The notes under the pieces: model-generated | What the model saw: only the letters and a program-made list of their open reading frames with translations | Database searches by the model: none | What the model was told of the DNA's origin: nothing | NCBI GenBank assembly: GCA_028023455.1 | Contig: JAQFVV010000006.1 | Span: 6,262,001 to 6,326,000, forward strand | DNA: 64,000 bases | Reading direction: 5' to 3' | From: Epiperipatus broadwayi | Taxonomy: Eukaryota > Animalia > Onychophora | In this document: one piece after another, positions 60,740-64,000 of the stretch | Position numbering within the stretch: position 1 is the first letter of the stretch | How the letters are laid out: each line of letters begins with the position of its first letter | Position numbers and translations under genes: made by a program

Positions 60740-63290
60740 TTTTTTACAGAAACAAAAAATGAATATAAAAAAGAATTAATAGTGATGTAGGAAAATATAA
60801 TTGTGAATTAACAAGAGAAGCTATAGAAACGAATGAACATATCACAAGTATAAAACAACATCTTGGTATTGGTAAATTACAAGTGTAAAACAACATCTTG
60901 GTGTTGGTAGGAAACTTATTTATACAATAAGAAGTAAAGAAGAAACTATTACTTTTAAAAAAAAAGAAAGATGACATCATGATATGTATGGAAGAATTCT
61001 ATAAAGAAATATACTAATAAAAAGCAAGAAAACAAAGTATCATCAACAATTATTATATCCTCTAAATTGTCCAGCACTTTAAATGAAGAAGAAACACATG
61101 AAATTAAATCTATGAAGAAGTGAAAAACTCCAGGAAATGATGGAATTTTAAAAGAAGCAAATGAAATAGAAAAAGTAGTCAGCAAAGGGGTATCTCAAAT
61201 ATCTAAATGATAAACATGCATCAAATGATTGAAATAATGCAGCAATAATATTGATATTTAAGAAAGGTCTTATAGAAGTCATTAGAAATTATGGACCTAT
61301 CGATCTTTTATCAGTCCTATACAAAATTTTACAAACATATTTACAACTCATCTACAGGGAACTTTGGATTTAACCAACCAAAAAAGCATGCTCTATTTAA
61401 AAATGGTCCTAGTATACTGAATCAAATCCATGTACTGAGAAAGTTATAGAAATGTCCCATAAATATGGGTAGCCATTATGCTTTGGATTTATAGATTATG
61501 AAAAGGCATTTGATTCTATAAGAATTTCTACAATACTACATGGTCACCATTCTTTATGCTTAGACAAGCTGTTTACACACAGGCTAAACTGTCAATATAT
61601 GTGTCACTCAGTGCAAGCCAGAGTAATCAATGGATACAAGAAGGTTTGTGTACAAAATCCCTATCTAGTGCCTACTCATCCAATATCCCCCCGACAAGTT
61701 TCTAGCTTGTGGATTTCATCAGTGAGGAGCCTTGGATCTGAGAGCACTGCACCTAGATCTTAAGATCTAATGCAACCCTCCAGCTGCAATCTTTTACCAT
61801 TATTAGCCAACTATAAAGCTTTGGGTTCAAAATGAAAACAATAATGTTTTCAATTCAAGCTCATCAACCTGTATAGTCTATAGATCTGAACTCAGTTCAT
61901 CATCCATATTTTTTGGTGTCTTTGATTCTTTATATTCACAGTCAACTTAATATTAGGATTGTTATTAAAGAACCAAAGATGCCAAAAAGTATGGATGCTG
62001 AACTGAGTTCAGATCTATAGACTATACAGGCTGATGAGCTTGAATTGAAAACATTATAATGTTTTCATTTTGGACTCAAAGCTTTATAGTAAAGGTAGCT
62101 GGTGATGGGTTGCATTAAAACCTAAGATCTAGATGCAGTGCTCTCAGATCCAAGGCTCCTCGCTGATGAAATCCCCAAGCTAAAAACTAGTCTGGAGATA
62201 GATATTGGATAAATAGGCACTAGACAGGGTTTTAGGCACAAACCTTCTTTCATCCATTGATTATTCTAGCTTGCACCGAATGGCTTTACTGTATGGAGAG
62301 TTTAACTCTGTGTAATTTCTACAATAATTAAAACATTGGATCATCAAGATACAGACCCTGTATATTGTTATACTCTAAAGAATATCAAATGCAACAGTAA
62401 TTTTTAAATTACATAGAACTAATAAGGTCAATAGTGAGAAGGGTGTGTGGCAAGGTGATTCCATATCTCCAAAATCTTTTTCCACACTTTTACCAAATGT
62501 ATTTTGTGAATTAAAATGGTAAGATAAGGAAATAAAAATTAATGGAAGATGTTTAAGTCATCTAGATTCTGTAGATGACAATTATTTTTTTGCAAATAAT
62601 GGTTCAGAGCTTCAGAAATCGTGCAAGAATCTTCAGTTGAAAGTAGAAACTTAAATACTAAAAAGACTAAAGTAACATTGTGGATTTTCAAAGAAGAAAA
62701 TAAGGATTGATAGCAATGAATTAGAAGATTGACAATTACAAATACCTTGCTCAGATTATCAATACAGGTGGAAACATAATGGATGAAATTAATCGTGGAA
62801 TTTAATTGGATGGAGAACTTTAGGTAGAAAAGACTTAATATCAAAAGGAAGAGGTCTATGTGTTTGAAAAGGAAAGTTTTTAATAGATGTCTTTTGCCAG
62901 TTTTTATTTATGAATCTGAATCTTGGACTTTTAAAAGAAGAGCACAATAGAGACTTGACATATGTCAGGAGTAACAAGAAGGGATCGAAAATGAAATACA
63001 TGGATAAGAGAACAAGCAGCATCATGTCAATCATTGAAAAGGATTATGAGATTGAAAATGAAACTGGTCTGGAAATGTTTCTAAAAGGGATGATAATAGA
63101 TGAATAGTTGAAATCTGAAGCTGTATCCTGAGAAATTGTAAAAAAATCTAGAAAGAGACCATGTGATGTAGTTGGATGAAATAAGATGCTCATTAGGTTA
63201 TGAGAATAGAGATAAGAGAAACTGAAATAAATTTGGAGATCTTTATCCTACAGGTCAATAATGATGGTAAATGATAGTGATGATGATGAA
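60740..63290 (+). pseudogene. RTE-clade LINE ORF2 (RT) relic, split by a family B insertion
   Basis: TPGNDG, IFKKG, NYGPIDLLS, DYEKAFDS (61495-61518), KGVWQGDSISP (62439-62471), SVDD (decayed FADD); (GAT)n tail ~63280; many frameshifts and stops. Confidence 0.9.
61536..62313. mobile_element. Family B twin-arm insertion, 13-bp TSD; hammerheads at 61678-61737 (-, core intact) and 62148-62210 (+, G12>A)
   Basis: TSD aatttctacaata at 61523-61535 and 62314-62326; removing the insert restores RTE colinearity. Confidence 0.92.
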
Positions 63291-63885
63291 TTTAAAGCTC
63301 TGTGTGGTATACTTCAATGGTAGACTTACTCGGGAACTCAATGTTTATGAGTCATAACTTACCTTTTACTTTTCTGTATTTAAATTTCTTATAAAACTCC
63401 CAATCAATAAAGTTATTCAGTTATTTTTATTGTTAATAAAAAAAATATCAATACTGAAGTTGAAAGGGATTTTAGATCAATGAATGTAAATTGTATTGAC
63501 ATATTTATTGAGAAAAGACTGATTATGAAGGAGTTTAATTTCAAGTTATCAATGATTCATTGTTTTCTAGAATAGTTAGATAGATTTGAAAGTTAAAGAT
63601 TTCTTAATCAAATTCAAACATCACACGACCTCTTATGAAACTAGCCATTTGATCATTTTACATTATATTACTGTTATGCTTGGCTACAGATGCTAGAATA
63701 TGATCAAAATGGTTCAAAATTTCTAGATTAATTATTTAAAAGGTAAAAATGTATAGGAGTTGACTTTTCCTTGATCAGTAGTCAAGATAAGGTAAGGTAA
63801 AGTAAATTAGTCTAGGAACAGAGATATTTGAAATTTCTTTACCATGAACATCATAATTTTCAATCATTATCAATACATGGTCCAA

Positions 63886-64000
63886 TGAAAGTCTTTCCAA
63901 GTTCAATCTATTTTTATCTCTAGCTTCTGGTCTTTCCAAGTTCAACCCATCTTTATCTCTAGCTTCTGAAAGTCTTTCCAAGTTCAATCCATCTTTATCT
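63886..64000 (-). repeat. Tandemly repeated RTE 3'-end segment (~3 copies, runs off the window)
   Basis: gtctttccaagttcaatccatctttatctctagcttctg repeats; homologous to 23636-23670. Confidence 0.75.

Overview
AT-rich, repeat-dense, non-coding DNA that looks like an animal genome. I cannot support any host protein-coding gene; the listed ORFs are TE relics or spurious. The dominant signal is a set of at least five sequence-distinct small non-autonomous retroelement families (my labels A, B, C, D, E), each carrying a type-I hammerhead ribozyme (HHR). They have about 420-475 nt monomers and appear as circularly permuted or head-to-tail copies. They typically insert as two inverted arms with both RNA 3' ends pointing outward, flanked by 11-15 bp AT-rich target-site duplications (TSDs). 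This is a retrozyme-like system, plausibly driven by a Penelope-like element (a decayed GIY-YIG fragment lies at about 9.1-9.4 kb). Three loci carry a hammerhead variant in which the core C3-G8 tertiary pair is swapped to A3-U8. Two more families (G, I) share the twin-arm architecture but show no recognisable ribozyme. Also present: RTE LINE relics, a ~100 bp tRNA-like SINE, a SPIN-like hAT MITE, a mariner-like relic and two degenerate minisatellites. Coordinates were counted by hand and may be off by a few nt. Ribozyme folds were assigned by eye and no activity is demonstrated.
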